The notes under the pieces: model-generated | Database searches by the model: none | Seen by the model: only the letters and a program-made list of their open reading frames with translations | Told to the model about the DNA's origin: nothing | Source of the DNA: a virus | Taxonomy: Duplodnaviria > Caudoviricetes | Virus record (IMG/VR): IMGVR_UViG_3300034374_009547 | Direction: 5' to 3' (one strand) | Length of the DNA stretch: 64,000 nt | Program-made: the position numbers and the translations under genes | Shown: one piece after another, positions 1 through 11,189 of the stretch | How positions within the stretch are numbered: position 1 is the first letter of the stretch | How the letters are laid out: every line of letters starts with the position of its first letter

Positions 1-3000
1 TTGTCTGTAGCACTACGAATAAAAGTTCTGTATCTAAAATCACTAATATTTTTTGACTTTAATGCAAGACCAAATTTTTCATCTGCAACAGGTTCAGGTG
101 AAACAAATCTTTCTAATAAGTTAAAACTATTGTTTGTATCTTTTTTATAAACACTTACATATCCCATATTATTGTAAGGAATAGTATAACCTTCTGCATC
201 AATGTTAATAACATCAACTTCTTCCCAATCTTGACTTAAAAGATTGATTGTGCTACTTTCTGGAATAATGTCTACTTTGGCTCTCCAAAGAGTACCTTTT
301 TGACTTACTATGTCTCCTGTTTCATATGCACCAGCTGGATCTAATACGCCGCGATATCTTGTTGCAACATTTGATGCATCAGGAGAGCCTACAAACAAAT
401 AATTTGAATCTGGTGATATAGAAACACTAGTACCAAATTTACCTAAAGGATCAAATAATAATTTTGCCATATCTCCTCTAGTAGTATGTACTAAAGGATT
501 GTAAACATATGCACCAAATCCAGTTCCGTCTACAGAAGATGTTAATGCCCCATCATTATACAAATTAAGTGTAGTATCGTCAACAACTTCTATGTAATAG
601 TTGTTGTCGTTAATATCAGTCATACCTGGTACATTTGTAAATCTTACTCTTCTACCGTCAACTAAATTATGATTTTCCGATGTAGTAATTACAACAGGAT
701 TAGTTTGAGTAGCATTTGTAATTTCTATAGAAATTTGATCTACTGGAGATAGAGTTTGTATTAGTACAAAATCAGACGCTTCGCTAAGTCTTGCATAAAT
801 GTAAACTTCGCCATCTTCGTATTCAGGTGCGCCAACAGCCATTATTGTATTATTATCGCTTACTGCAATAACGCTACCAAAACCAGTATCTCCTGTTCTA
901 GGGTTTAGTAACTCTTTTTTGAATTCAAAAACAGGTTTGTTATCAAACACTTCAAACTTTCCTGTTCCGTTGTCATCTACCCAAATACGTTCGTTATCTG
1001 TAATATCATATTTTTGCACAATATCATTAATATTTTCAGATGTTGTAACACGTCTTGAATTCATTTGTGTAACAATACCTAATGTGCTATCTGACAAGTC
1101 TATAAACTCATCTGATATAGGTGTATCAAGATATATTTCCATTTTGTTATATGTAATATTTCTTGCTAACCAAAAACCGTTTATTTCATCGTTTATGTTG
1201 TTAAAACCTACAATTTCGCCATCTGCAAATGGAACAGGTTTATCAAATTGTGCTTCAAACCCGTTGGCTGTTTGTGTAATAGACAAAATTCTAATAGGAG
1301 ATTGAATATGCTTGTATACATTCCATGTCTGGTTATTTTCTGGAACCCATACATAATCTCCTATGTCAACTGAATCAACATCTAATGCTAAAATGTCTAC
1401 AAAAGTTTTTGCAATAAAATCAATTTGATCTAATTTTACATAACCACCAGTTTTGCTATATTCTTCTTCTCTGTAAATAACAGGAAATGGTTCGTTATTA
1501 TACTCTGTTGTAGAAAGATATATGTCTTTCTTAGGATACTGGTAAACTAAATCTGTTCTAGTATTATTAACACTTTGTACTAATTCAATAGTTTGAGGTT
1601 CTATTCTAAATTTGCTTTCATCAAGTTGGAATTCAACTTCTTCATAACTGCTAGTAGCACCGTATTGTCCGACACGAATTGCCCATTCTTCAAAGAACTC
1701 TAAACTATCTTTATCAGCACTGCCTAGTTTATCAAATAATTTAGTTAATGCATTATTTGTGCCTTTGTCTTGAATAAAACCTTGATAGAATTTATACTGA
1801 CTAACATCATCTTGAATAATGTTTTGTAAATAATCTCTTTTTTGGTACCCAATCAAATGCTGTGCAAGTCTTTGTTGTTCGCTATCAAAATTATCTGTAT
1901 CTAAATCGTAAAAATCTGTAAACTGATTCGCTTTATAATCCCAGTTAGGCGTTAAGGATTTTTGAGGACGTTCAGGTAAACGTTGCCATAAACTATAATT
2001 AAATTCTTCAGTACCGCTGTGCTTTACATTTGCAGAATAATAAAATTCTTTAAATTTAACTAAATCTCCAATTTGGTAATCTTTCCAACTTTTCCATTCT
2101 GTAACTTTAGAATCATCATACGTAAATCCAGGAATGTTTAAGCTACCGTTCCATCCGTCTGTTCTATAACCTACAACTTTTAAACGTTCTTGTCTATAAC
2201 CAGTTTCAGGATCATATATTGTATCATTGAAAACCGTTTTGTTATCTAAAATAACAACATGCTCTTTTTGAATTAAATTTAATTTACAGAAATAGATACC
2301 TTCATTATCAGATTTTAAACTAAACAAATTTGTTTTGTCTCTAGCAATATTAGACTTTGCATTTTTAATAGGTTTTTTTGATTCGTTTAAAACTGCTCCA
2401 GTAATAGAATCAAAAATATTATCTACAACAAAATATTCACTACTAAACAATAATCTATTAGCACCTGGACTTAATGTTATAACACTATTTTCTGACCAGT
2501 TTTGTGTGGTCCAGAATAAAAATTCTTTAGCACTTAAACTCCAATTTTCTATAGCATTAATTGAAGAATTATAATAATCAAAAACAAATCCTTGGTTTTG
2601 TAATTGTTTACCATATCCAATGATAAAATCAACTACTTCTTGCACACTCGGTAAAATTGTTCCATAGTCTAAAACGCTTACTTGACTTTCAAAGTTTTTA
2701 CGTAATGTTGCAGTTACACCGCCGACAATAGGTAAACTTGATAATAAAGAAAATTTAGAACTATCAAAATCATTTGTACTAGTGTGTGTTTGATTAACTC
2801 TATAGTATTTGTCTTGGTATTGAACTATTTTTCCAGCAACATAAATTTTGTTTTCTGCCCAAGGAATAAAACTTTCACTTATACCGCCAACACTAAAATT
2901 AGGATCATTGGCTGTTGTTCTATGTGCAAAATATTTGAATGTTGGATTTTGATCATCAAATCCATTAATTTTATATCCGCCGCTAACTCTTTCAATTATT

Positions 3001-6000
3001 ATACCACTATAAGTTACAACATCTAACACACTGCTTTTACGTAAACTAATATCATAATTTTCAAAAGGAACAAATACATTTCCTTTATTCAACGGTGTTT
3101 TGCTGTCCAACACAAGTTTTAATTTATTTTTATCTGCAAATCCTGCAAGTTTAAATGCAATTTTATTATCAAATGTTTGTATGTTGGTAATGTATTGACT
3201 ATAATCAGCATCAACGTTTGTGTTGCTATATTCAGTAATCCAATTTACAAATCCACCAGTTATGCAATATCCATCATCTAATTCTTGTTGAGGAAATTTA
3301 ATATCTTGTAATCTTATTGTTTTGTTAGTATCTGCATAAATTAAATCGCCAGACAAATCTCTAGTGATTCTGCTTCTGTCAAAACCAACACCGATTACAT
3401 GAGAAGGTTTTAAAACGATAGCTGCTACCATTAAACTAAACGGATATCCGCTACTACGTCTCCATGCTGTTTCAGTAGGACCATGATCACCAAATTTGAA
3501 AGGTAAAAAATTAGATGTTGTATAACTGAAAGATCTTGAATATCCAGACTCAACAGGGGAAACAACTTGCCCATTGCTATTTACAGGCAAATGCTTTAAC
3601 AAATTTGGACGAACATATTTTGGGTTTATTCTAACAGGTTTATTAGGTTCTCTAATTATACCTTTTGACAAGTCGTTCCATAAAACTAAGTTGTCTGAAG
3701 TATACGGCGCAGGACCATACTGCGCTTCCCACCATGAAGGTTTTATACTAAAACCAATCATTTGCCAAGGTGTTAGGTGCGGAGTATCTGTATCATACGC
3801 AAACTTGTATACTCCTCTCCAAAATCCTGGTAGTTGAACATTACTAGGACTTGTACTTAATCTATAATTGTAAGTAAAAGGAGAACCAAATGTTACAAAA
3901 TCATTATTAGTATAATCTTTTACTTTTGCAATTTTATTCCAATCAAGAAAATCTTTAATCATGATTGCATCTATTTGCCTATTTGTAATTTTAGTATTTC
4001 TATTTTGTCCACCTATAATATCATGAATGTCAAAGATACTAGTGTCATAGGCAACTTTTAAATTGTTGAAAATACGCTTTTCTAATTCTAAAAGTAATTC
4101 ATCTCTGTAATCGTTAAATGCAACGGTTAAACTACCATCATGTCCTTGTATTACTTGAGTAGGTGTGCTATAAGATGTATCTAAAAACTTTTTTGGTTCA
4201 AATGCAGGATACATTCCAATTTTAGTCGGAGTAGGAGGTACAAAGCTACCTTCTGTATTAGCGTATTCAAAAATTTCAATTTCGTCACCATTTGATAAAG
4301 TTGATGTAATTTTTACAAATCCATTTTCATCAAATTCATAATCAATACCGTGAGTTAATTGAATGTTATTAACATAAACGTTTACAGCTTTGTTGCTAAT
4401 TTTTGTTTTATCAAAAAGTTCTGATAATGCATAATACTGATTTCTAAAATCTAAAACTTCATAGGAAAGTTTTTTAGAACCGCCAACACCTAACATGTCT
4501 GAGCTGTAAAAAGGCATACGTTTATTTTTTTCAGAGTTTATAGAATAAAATATTTGATCTACTTGTTCTTTTACATTTCCTGTAAAACTATTTTCTTTTG
4601 CCACTTGTAAAAATAATCTTTTGAACTTTGTATATTCATTTAATGCAAATCTTGCTGCATTTACAATGTTATTTTCTTTTGATACTAAATGATATAGTGC
4701 TAAATTAAACGGACCTGAATGTTTTACAAATTTTCTTCCAAATGGAATAATGTCTCCGAGATCTCTTAAATTATTTTCACCAGGATGAATACCAGAAAAA
4801 TTAGATAGCTCTTGTACTAAACCTTCTACGTGATCGTTTACTTGACCTAATGTAAATTCTATTATATTATTGTTTAATGGATTTCTTTCAAAGTTATGAG
4901 GTATTTCATAATATCCATTTTCATTTTTGTTTGCACTACTATATGTTTTAACAATTACAATGTCTGTAAATTCTATATTTTTATTAAGAACAATTTTACG
5001 AACATTATTTTCATTTATAAATGCATAATCAACACCAGCAATTTTATAATCGTTATTAACAAATACTCGCACATCAATATCAGTTAAATTTGCACTATTT
5101 GTGTAAACATCAATAGGAAAATTATTAGTAAATTCTTCGCCGGTGTATTTTCTTACAACATATTGTCTACTTTTTCTATTGGCTTTTTTCCATGCATTTA
5201 CTAATGTAGTTCCATTATCAGTTTTCTTTAAAAATAATGTATCGCTAGAAATAGTGCCAGTAGTGTTATCAATTTTTTCATAGCTATAAGTTTTATTCAA
5301 CATAGAAAAATCAAATACAATATCACCAATATTAACAAAGTTTTGATAAGTTAATGGAAATCCTAATTCTGTATCGTTAGTTCCTTCTCCAACTCTGTAA
5401 TTAAAAATTCTATTTCCAGTAAAATCATTATTCAAATAATAGTTTGTATCACTTATACTATATCCGTCTTTGTCAAATAAATCAAATAAAGGTGCTTGAT
5501 TAACACCTGATTTATCTTGTGCTAATTTCCACTCAGTTCCGTTGTACCAAAAACTTTTGCCGCCGTTTTTGTTACCTTGGCTTGCAAGTATTGTTTGATC
5601 TAAAATAGGATCGGTATCATCAGTTTCAATTAATGCAATTTGTTTTACATTGTTATGTGTAATAAATTTAACTTGGAAAATTTTTCCGTTTACAAGATAA
5701 TCTTGATCTGCTGTAAACAAAACACGCATGCCTTCCGCTAAATCTATTCCATCAACATTATATCCTACACTGCCTTCGATTGTAGACATTACATCTTTTG
5801 TAAAATTGTCAACAAGATTTACGTTTTGTTTAAATGTAGTGCCGTGATTGTATAAACGTAAATTTGGCTCAAATTCAATAATTGGACGTTTTGCTCTTGA
5901 ACTTTGATCTAATTCTAAAAGTTGATTATTAATCTCAGCACTTTTAACAATTACATCTCTATGGAACCATTTGTTATATCTAGCCCATGCATTTTTACTA

Positions 6001-7232
6001 TTATCTCTTCTAGAAATCACAAAGTAATCTTTTGTTCCAGCAAATGTTGTTGCATCACTAAAAGGTACTCTATCAAAACCATTAGTATCAAACGGAACGA
6101 AAGTGTTGGTTGTAAATGTAGCAGGAACTTCTAAACTATCAACCGAAATAAGTTGAATTTTTGATCCTACTCCTTCTACATAAAACAAACCGTTAGCATA
6201 TTCAGCAGGCGTAACTTCGCCTGTAAAATACACTTTCATTCCATTGCTAAATTCCCACCCTGATTCTGTAGTATAAGTTTTTTTACCAATAATTTCTTCT
6301 TCAACATTTATTTCAGTATTTTCCTCAATGTCGAATATGTTAAAAACACCACTTGTGTTAATATCGTTTTGACTGATGTAATATAAAGTGTCTGGTGCAT
6401 TAGTCGGAATAGTAAATTCTAATACTCCATTTTCAACAAAACCTTCTTTAATATAGTCATCTTTGTCAATTACAGGATTATCAGTTTCATTATGTGTAAT
6501 GGTTACACCGTCTGTAAAAGGATTAATTATTAAAGCACTATCTTCAAATACACCACTTTGATATGCACGTGATAAAGCAATACCAAAAGGATTTCCTGGT
6601 GCGTTTACTTCAAATCTATAAGTTTGTCCTCTAAACAATTTTATAGATTTATTACGTGTCAGCCCATCTGGTGTAATTAAAAATGCAGTATTGTCATCAT
6701 CAACTACCGTTTCAACTACATAAGTGCTAGTTACTTCTTTGCTTTGTCCTCTTACAGGAACTTCTTGAGGCCCATTTGGCAGCCAATAATATTCACGGAA
6801 ATTTGTAAATTTATCAAAATCAATGTGAGGATCCCAAGCATAAAATTCTTGTTCAAAAAGGTTGTTATGATTGTCAATAGTACCATTAAATGATTTTAAT
6901 GTGCCTAACATATCAAGGTAGTCAGCATCAAAATTTACATTTCCTAAAATATCAGTTACAACACCAAAAGTTTCTAATTGATAATCTTCTCTATTTTTTG
7001 TAATGTCTGCAACATATTGATCATTAATATTTGCAGCTTTAGCTTCTCTACGTCCAACAAAACCGTTGATCTTTTCTACTACACCAGGATTAGTAAATTG
7101 ATCAAGTGTAGCACTTAAAAACTTTTTGTTTTGATCAGTCCTAAAATATCTCGGTAGCAAAGCATCGTTGTTTCTTTGCTCGTTGCTATTTTGTGGAATA
7201 GGATATTCGTTTTGATTATCGTTGTAAGCCAT
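1..7232 (-). CDS. Very large virion/baseplate wedge-type protein (>2400 aa), truncated by the left window edge; contains FG-GAP-like repeats
   Basis: ATG at 7232 (MAYNDNQNEYPIPQ...LLPRYFRTDQNKKFL). I checked by hand that the frame matches at ~6900 (LKSFNGTIDNH), 881, 437 and 59-3 (KSKNISDFRYRTFIRSATD). Its absence from the ORF track is consistent with no stop inside the window. It starts 2 nt after the gp6-like stop. FG-GAP-like motifs at 881-825 and 437-381. Confidence 0.85.
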   Translation of the reverse strand, partial: MAYNDNQNEYPIPQNSNEQRNNDALLPRYFRTDQNKKFLSATLDQFTNPGVVEKINGFVGRREAKAANINDQYVADITKNREDYQLETFGVVTDILGNVNFDADYLDMLGTLKSFNGTIDNHNNLFEQEFYAWDPHIDFDKFTNFREYYWLPNGPQEVPVRGQSKEVTSTYVVETVVDDDNTAFLITPDGLTRNKSIKLFRGQTYRFEVNAPGNPFGIALSRAYQSGVFEDSALIINPFTDGVTITHNETDNPVIDKDDYIKEGFVENGVLEFTIPTNAPDTLYYISQNDINTSGVFNIFDIEENTEINVEEEIIGKKTYTTESGWEFSNGMKVYFTGEVTPAEYANGLFYVEGVGSKIQLISVDSLEVPATFTTNTFVPFDTNGFDRVPFSDATTFAGTKDYFVISRRDNSKNAWARYNKWFHRDVIVKSAEINNQLLELDQSSRAKRPIIEFEPNLRLYNHGTTFKQNVNLVDNFTKDVMSTIEGSVGYNVDGIDLAEGMRVLFTADQDYLVNGKIFQVKFITHNNVKQIALIETDDTDPILDQTILASQGNKNGGKSFWYNGTEWKLAQDKSGVNQAPLFDLFDKDGYSISDTNYYLNNDFTGNRIFNYRVGEGTNDTELGFPLTYQNFVNIGDIVFDFSMLNKTYSYEKIDNTTGTISSDTLFLKKTDNGTTLVNAWKKANRKSRQYVVRKYTGEEFTNNFPIDVYTNSANLTDIDVRVFVNNDYKIAGVDYAFINENNVRKIVLNKNIEFTDIVIVKTYSSANKNENGYYEIPHNFERNPLNNNIIEFTLGQVNDHVEGLVQELSNFSGIHPGENNLRDLGDIIPFGRKFVKHSGPFNLALYHLVSKENNIVNAARFALNEYTKFKRLFLQVAKENSFTGNVKEQVDQIFYSINSEKNKRMPFYSSDMLGVGGSKKLSYEVLDFRNQYYALSELFDKTKISNKAVNVYVNNIQLTHGIDYEFDENGFVKITSTLSNGDEIEIFEYANTEGSFVPPTPTKIGMYPAFEPKKFLDTSYSTPTQVIQGHDGSLTVAFNDYRDELLLELEKRIFNNLKVAYDTSIFDIHDIIGGQNRNTKITNRQIDAIMIKDFLDWNKIAKVKDYTNNDFVTFGSPFTYNYRLSTSPSNVQLPGFWRGVYKFAYDTDTPHLTPWQMIGFSIKPSWWEAQYGPAPYTSDNLVLWNDLSKGIIREPNKPVRINPKYVRPNLLKHLPVNSNGQVVSPVESGYSRSFSYTTSNFLPFKFGDHGPTETAWRRSSGYPFSLMVAAIVLKPSHVIGVGFDRSRITRDLSGDLIYADTNKTIRLQDIKFPQQELDDGYCITGGFVNWITEYSNTNVDADYSQYITNIQTFDNKIAFKLAGFADKNKLKLVLDSKTPLNKGNVFVPFENYDISLRKSSVLDVVTYSGIIIERVSGGYKINGFDDQNPTFKYFAHRTTANDPNFSVGGISESFIPWAENKIYVAGKIVQYQDKYYRVNQTHTSTNDFDSSKFSLLSSLPIVGGVTATLRKNFESQVSVLDYGTILPSVQEVVDFIIGYGKQLQNQGFVFDYYNSSINAIENWSLSAKEFLFWTTQNWSENSVITLSPGANRLLFSSEYFVVDNIFDSITGAVLNESKKPIKNAKSNIARDKTNLFSLKSDNEGIYFCKLNLIQKEHVVILDNKTVFNDTIYDPETGYRQERLKVVGYRTDGWNGSLNIPGFTYDDSKVTEWKSWKDYQIGDLVKFKEFYYSANVKHSGTEEFNYSLWQRLPERPQKSLTPNWDYKANQFTDFYDLDTDNFDSEQQRLAQHLIGYQKRDYLQNIIQDDVSQYKFYQGFIQDKGTNNALTKLFDKLGSADKDSLEFFEEWAIRVGQYGATSSYEEVEFQLDESKFRIEPQTIELVQSVNNTRTDLVYQYPKKDIYLSTTEYNNEPFPVIYREEEYSKTGGYVKLDQIDFIAKTFVDILALDVDSVDIGDYVWVPENNQTWNVYKHIQSPIRILSITQTANGFEAQFDKPVPFADGEIVGFNNINDEINGFWLARNITYNKMEIYLDTPISDEFIDLSDSTLGIVTQMNSRRVTTSENINDIVQKYDITDNERIWVDDNGTGKFEVFDNKPVFEFKKELLNPRTGDTGFGSVIAVSDNNTIMAVGAPEYEDGEVYIYARLSEASDFVLIQTLSPVDQISIEITNATQTNPVVITTSENHNLVDGRRVRFTNVPGMTDINDNNYYIEVVDDTTLNLYNDGALTSSVDGTGFGAYVYNPLVHTTRGDMAKLLFDPLGKFGTSVSISPDSNYLFVGSPDASNVATRYRGVLDPAGAYETGDIVSQKGTLWRAKVDIIPESSTINLLSQDWEEVDVINIDAEGYTIPYNNMGYVSVYKKDTNNSFNLLERFVSPEPVADEKFGLALKSKNISDFRYRTFIRSATD

Positions 7233-7234
7233 TA

Positions 7235-10200
7235 TTAGCTATTGCCTCCAGTATAATAGGTAGTAGTAACTTCACTTTGTATTCCTGTGTTTAATACTTC
7301 GTCACTTGTAACAACTTTACCTGATGCTTTAAGTCTAGTTGCAGTTAATGCATCAATAATTTCAACATCTTCAACTGCTGCTGCACTTATAAAAATTTCA
7401 TCATTTTCACTTTTTATTTCATATAAGCTACCAAACACTTGTGTTTCGTCTCTTGGAACAAGCACAATATTACTTACATCTGGACTTAGCTGTTTCATAA
7501 TATAAGTTGCTAATTCACTAAAATAAAATGTTTCACCAAAATCCCAATTTTCTAATGCAAAAAATTCATTTATAGCACTAATTGTTCTTGATTTTACGTC
7601 ATTATCATTTACAACTCTGTTTGGATTTTTAACAATTTTAATATCAGCTTGTAAATCAACAGGTGCTTGACTTCCAAACAATGGTTTATATTTTACAGGA
7701 TGATAAACCACTTCGTCACTTACACTTTTAATTTTATTAATTTCAGCACCATAACTTAAATACAATGCATCACTACTTGGCGGTAATGGTTTTACACTAA
7801 CTTGCCCTGACAAATATTTTCTATAATTTTCATCATAATTTTTAGTAAGCAAATAAACATCCATTATGTTACTACTACTTGGATCAATTCGTCTATTTTC
7901 AGCAGCGGCATGAACATAATCAAATCTAATTTTATCTCTACCTACATATGCAACATAATCCACTGAAAGTGTAAGTGCTGTTTTTGTTGAATTAAAGACC
8001 TTGAAAATGTCCTTTGTTTTTATGTAGAATACCGCATCTGCATCATATTGACTATAAGCACCTATACCGCTTTCAGTTTCAACAATAGTAATTTTTGCTT
8101 CGTCTTTGTCAATATAATTAAAATTTTCACTGCCATTTTGAACAACTTTTTTACCAAATACCAATTTTGTTAAAGGCGATGTGTCTGGCTGTACTATATG
8201 CACAAATAAATCAGGATCGTCAATTACTCCGTCGTTGTCTGTATCGATAAAACTTAATTCTAATTTTTTACTATCAACATATCCTGCTTTATTTCTAAAT
8301 GCAGCACTAACTTGCCAAGTCCAATTTTGTGTAAAATTAATTAAACTATCTGGTTGATTATTGTTGCTTAGTACACTAATACTATCAGTAACAATTTTTC
8401 CTGTTTTACTATCATAAATTCTATCTAATCCATCAAAATAAAATCTAATTTGCTCATCGCTTTCAAATACATATCTTGTACCGCGACTTTTAATTGTATA
8501 TTTTTCACCATTAGTTTCAAATAATAATAACCAACTAGAATCTAATTGTTGATTACTTGCATCTCCAGTTTTACTTGTACTAAAATTATCTTTTGTGTTT
8601 AAATTATTTGCAAAAACTACGGCCCATTCTCTACTATTTGTATCATAACGTAAACCAAAGGTTTTGTATGCAAATGTTTGATCGATTATTTCTGTAATTA
8701 CATCATCATTTATTGTAATATTAAGTTTTGGAATAATTTCACCAATGCCGCAACCGTTAGGAATTTTTTCATTAAACACAATCGGTCCTAATCCGTTTTC
8801 GTCTGCACCTGTTCCATCTTCTGTAATAGAAACAACTTTTGCCCAAATATAATTTTTATCGCCAAGCACCGACGGTGTTCCTGTTTTTAAATTATTGTAT
8901 TTGTCAAAATATTGATTTGCGGGAGGTAAAAATTTAATTAAAGAATCTTTTTCTACAAATTTCATTATTCCTGATGTAAATGTTGATACTTGTACTGAAA
9001 TGTCAAACTGATCAATAAATTTGCCAGTACCTCTATTTGTTTCATTTGAAGAAGACGACCATGAGTACCCTAAATCTTGTATACTTTTGTTTCTATCAAA
9101 ATTATCAAAGTAAAAGTTTTTCACATATGTATTTTTGATAATAGGTACTATTTGATTATATATTACACCTTCAATATCAGTTCTATTTGTAAATTCAAAA
9201 CTATCTTTTGAATCTATGTTTTCTTTATATAAACTTCCGTCATCACCAAACATCAATGTGTTACTATATTTTCCAGTAGCATCTTTCAAATCGTAATATC
9301 GACTAATACCGCTACTAGTTCTGTTCACACTTTTTGCTTTAATAATTTGTTGGCTTACACCTAAAGGACCAACATTATAATCTTCTGCTGTAATTAATCT
9401 ATTTTGAGTGTAATAATTACTAGGAGCATTTATTTTAATGCTTTCGTTTGACTCTTCTGCATCTGCATTTTCAACAACTGATTTTAATTCTAAAATAATG
9501 TTTAAAGTTTCTTGTGTACCGTTTTTACTTACATATGGAATTTGCAAATTAATACCAATTAAATCACTTGGTAAAATTTTGTAACTTTCGTTTTCACTTT
9601 GACGATAGTATGCTTTAAATTTTCCTTTTGGTAATTCTCCAAACGTGCCATCACTAAAAATTAAACTAATACGATTGTTAACTCTACTTAAAACACTATA
9701 GATTGAACGTATACCTTTTGATATACTATTGTATATAATATTATTGCCTTCGGTATTTGAAACTTTATTCCAAAGGTCTGATTCTGTTTCGTTACTATCT
9801 AATTTGTAAAGCCAAATATCATCATTGTTAATATTATCAGCATCAATATTAATAATTGTGTTAGGTGTTGAATTACTTACAGCAAAAGTTGTATTATTTA
9901 AGGTACCTTGTCTAAAATGAACAAAGAAACCACTATTTGAGCTGCCTGCACCTTGTCCGTTGTCACGATATAAAAATCCTAATCTATTACCAGGATAGGG
10001 TGCTTCTTCAACAATACTAGATGTATCGTTATCAATACCTGTGCTAACAATTTCAAATCTTTTTGTTGTTCCGCTTACTAACTTACTAAAGCTGTATACT
10101 GGAACATCGGTATTATTACTATTAAATCTGTATTGTTCTGTACTAACACCATCAATTTGCATTTTACTAACTGGTCTACCAAAAACATTATTAGCAGGTA

Positions 10201-10690
10201 ATGCAGCATTTAATATTTTAACAAATTGCTCATACCAATTAGGATTGGTATTGTCATTCCAAATAATACTTTGGTTGGCAAGATTATTTCCATTGCTGTC
10301 TACAATATCTTCTGTGGTGCTTATTGTTTCAAATTTTAACAAGCCACTAGCAGCAATATTACGATTAGAATTATAACTAATTAATCTTGCTAAACGTAAA
10401 ATACTTTCTCTTCTATCTGCAAGTTCGATATAGTTTTCTCTTGCATTTAAGTCTGTACGGAAAGCAAGGTTTTGACCTAAAAATGCAATCAAATCGATTA
10501 AGGCAAGATATTCCGAACTTTCAATATAATCATTGAAATCTTCAGGATAATTTTCCCTAATGTAATTAATCATTGTTCTACGCAAATTATCAAAGTCATA
10601 ACTTTGGAAATCTGCATATCTAAAACTCTGGTAAATTGTTTTCCAATCTTCTGCCAGAAGTAATCTATTTTGCCTGTCGGTTGTTGACAT
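7235..10690 (-). CDS. gp6: Baseplate wedge subunit, T4 gp6-like
   Basis: N-terminus DFQSYDFDNLRRTMINYI...EYLALIDLIAFLGQNLAFRTDLNARENY and later NAPSNYYTQNRLITAEDY match the gp6/baseplate-J pattern. It sits next to a gp25-like gene. ATG 10690 is preferred over GTG 10696. Confidence 0.8.
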   Translation of the reverse strand: MSTTDRQNRLLLAEDWKTIYQSFRYADFQSYDFDNLRRTMINYIRENYPEDFNDYIESSEYLALIDLIAFLGQNLAFRTDLNARENYIELADRRESILRLARLISYNSNRNIAASGLLKFETISTTEDIVDSNGNNLANQSIIWNDNTNPNWYEQFVKILNAALPANNVFGRPVSKMQIDGVSTEQYRFNSNNTDVPVYSFSKLVSGTTKRFEIVSTGIDNDTSSIVEEAPYPGNRLGFLYRDNGQGAGSSNSGFFVHFRQGTLNNTTFAVSNSTPNTIINIDADNINNDDIWLYKLDSNETESDLWNKVSNTEGNNIIYNSISKGIRSIYSVLSRVNNRISLIFSDGTFGELPKGKFKAYYRQSENESYKILPSDLIGINLQIPYVSKNGTQETLNIILELKSVVENADAEESNESIKINAPSNYYTQNRLITAEDYNVGPLGVSQQIIKAKSVNRTSSGISRYYDLKDATGKYSNTLMFGDDGSLYKENIDSKDSFEFTNRTDIEGVIYNQIVPIIKNTYVKNFYFDNFDRNKSIQDLGYSWSSSSNETNRGTGKFIDQFDISVQVSTFTSGIMKFVEKDSLIKFLPPANQYFDKYNNLKTGTPSVLGDKNYIWAKVVSITEDGTGADENGLGPIVFNEKIPNGCGIGEIIPKLNITINDDVITEIIDQTFAYKTFGLRYDTNSREWAVVFANNLNTKDNFSTSKTGDASNQQLDSSWLLLFETNGEKYTIKSRGTRYVFESDEQIRFYFDGLDRIYDSKTGKIVTDSISVLSNNNQPDSLINFTQNWTWQVSAAFRNKAGYVDSKKLELSFIDTDNDGVIDDPDLFVHIVQPDTSPLTKLVFGKKVVQNGSENFNYIDKDEAKITIVETESGIGAYSQYDADAVFYIKTKDIFKVFNSTKTALTLSVDYVAYVGRDKIRFDYVHAAAENRRIDPSSSNIMDVYLLTKNYDENYRKYLSGQVSVKPLPPSSDALYLSYGAEINKIKSVSDEVVYHPVKYKPLFGSQAPVDLQADIKIVKNPNRVVNDNDVKSRTISAINEFFALENWDFGETFYFSELATYIMKQLSPDVSNIVLVPRDETQVFGSLYEIKSENDEIFISAAAVEDVEIIDALTATRLKASGKVVTSDEVLNTGIQSEVTTTYYTGGNS

Positions 10691-10715
10691 TTGCACTTAT
10701 CCTCGCTGTATAGTA

Positions 10716-10721
10716 TATTTA
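10716..10721 (-). promoter_or_regulatory. Putative late promoter core (TAAATA)
   Basis: TAAATA in the short intergenic gap upstream of the gp6-like gene. The same motif recurs upstream of many virion genes. Confidence 0.55.
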
Positions 10722-10744
10722 CCTGATATGATAAAGTGCGTAGT

Positions 10745-11179
10745 TTAAATTAAACCGTTGTTTTGATCAAATCTTAATCGTAATGTTTCTGTAATGCTGT
10801 ATGGCAAATATGTAATACTACAATCAATTTGAATACCACTTTCGTATGTATCAATAATAATATCTTTAACATTAACACGAGGATCATAATTTATTATTTC
10901 TGTGACATTTTTAATAATTGCTTGTTTTACATCTTCTGTAAACGGTTCAAAAAGTATATCCCAAATAATTGTTCCAAATTTAGGATTTTCTAACTTTTCT
11001 CCTTGACGAATATGGAAATGATTTATAATATCTTGTTTAATAATTGCAATATCATATAAATTAAAGTTTTTTGAATTAGCTACCGTGCTAATACCTCGAT
11101 AGGTTTTACTTGCAGGAATAGAATCTTTCTTTCCTTCAATGGTAATATTTTTGTATAAGGGTTTTTCACTTGTAGCCAT
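10745..11179 (-). CDS. gp25: Baseplate wedge protein, GPW/gp25 family
   Basis: 144 aa; IIKQDIINHFHIRQGEKLENPKFGTIIWDILFEP...EIINYDPRV matches the gp25 family signature (R.GE....P.FG......LFEP, ..EPRV). Confidence 0.85.
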   Translation of the reverse strand: MATSEKPLYKNITIEGKKDSIPASKTYRGISTVANSKNFNLYDIAIIKQDIINHFHIRQGEKLENPKFGTIIWDILFEPFTEDVKQAIIKNVTEIINYDPRVNVKDIIIDTYESGIQIDCSITYLPYSITETLRLRFDQNNGLI

Positions 11180-11183
11180 AACG

Positions 11184-11189
11184 TATTTA
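11184..11189 (-). promoter_or_regulatory. Putative late promoter core (TAAATA), 4 nt before the ATG (leaderless)
   Basis: Minus strand reads TAAATA-CGTT-ATG(11179). Confidence 0.55.

Noticed and set aside
919-6134. Plus-strand ORFs in the track (919, 2335, 2784, 3574, 4896, 5922)
   Set aside because: They lie antisense to the continuous >2400-aa minus-strand gene and have no SD or recognisable motifs.
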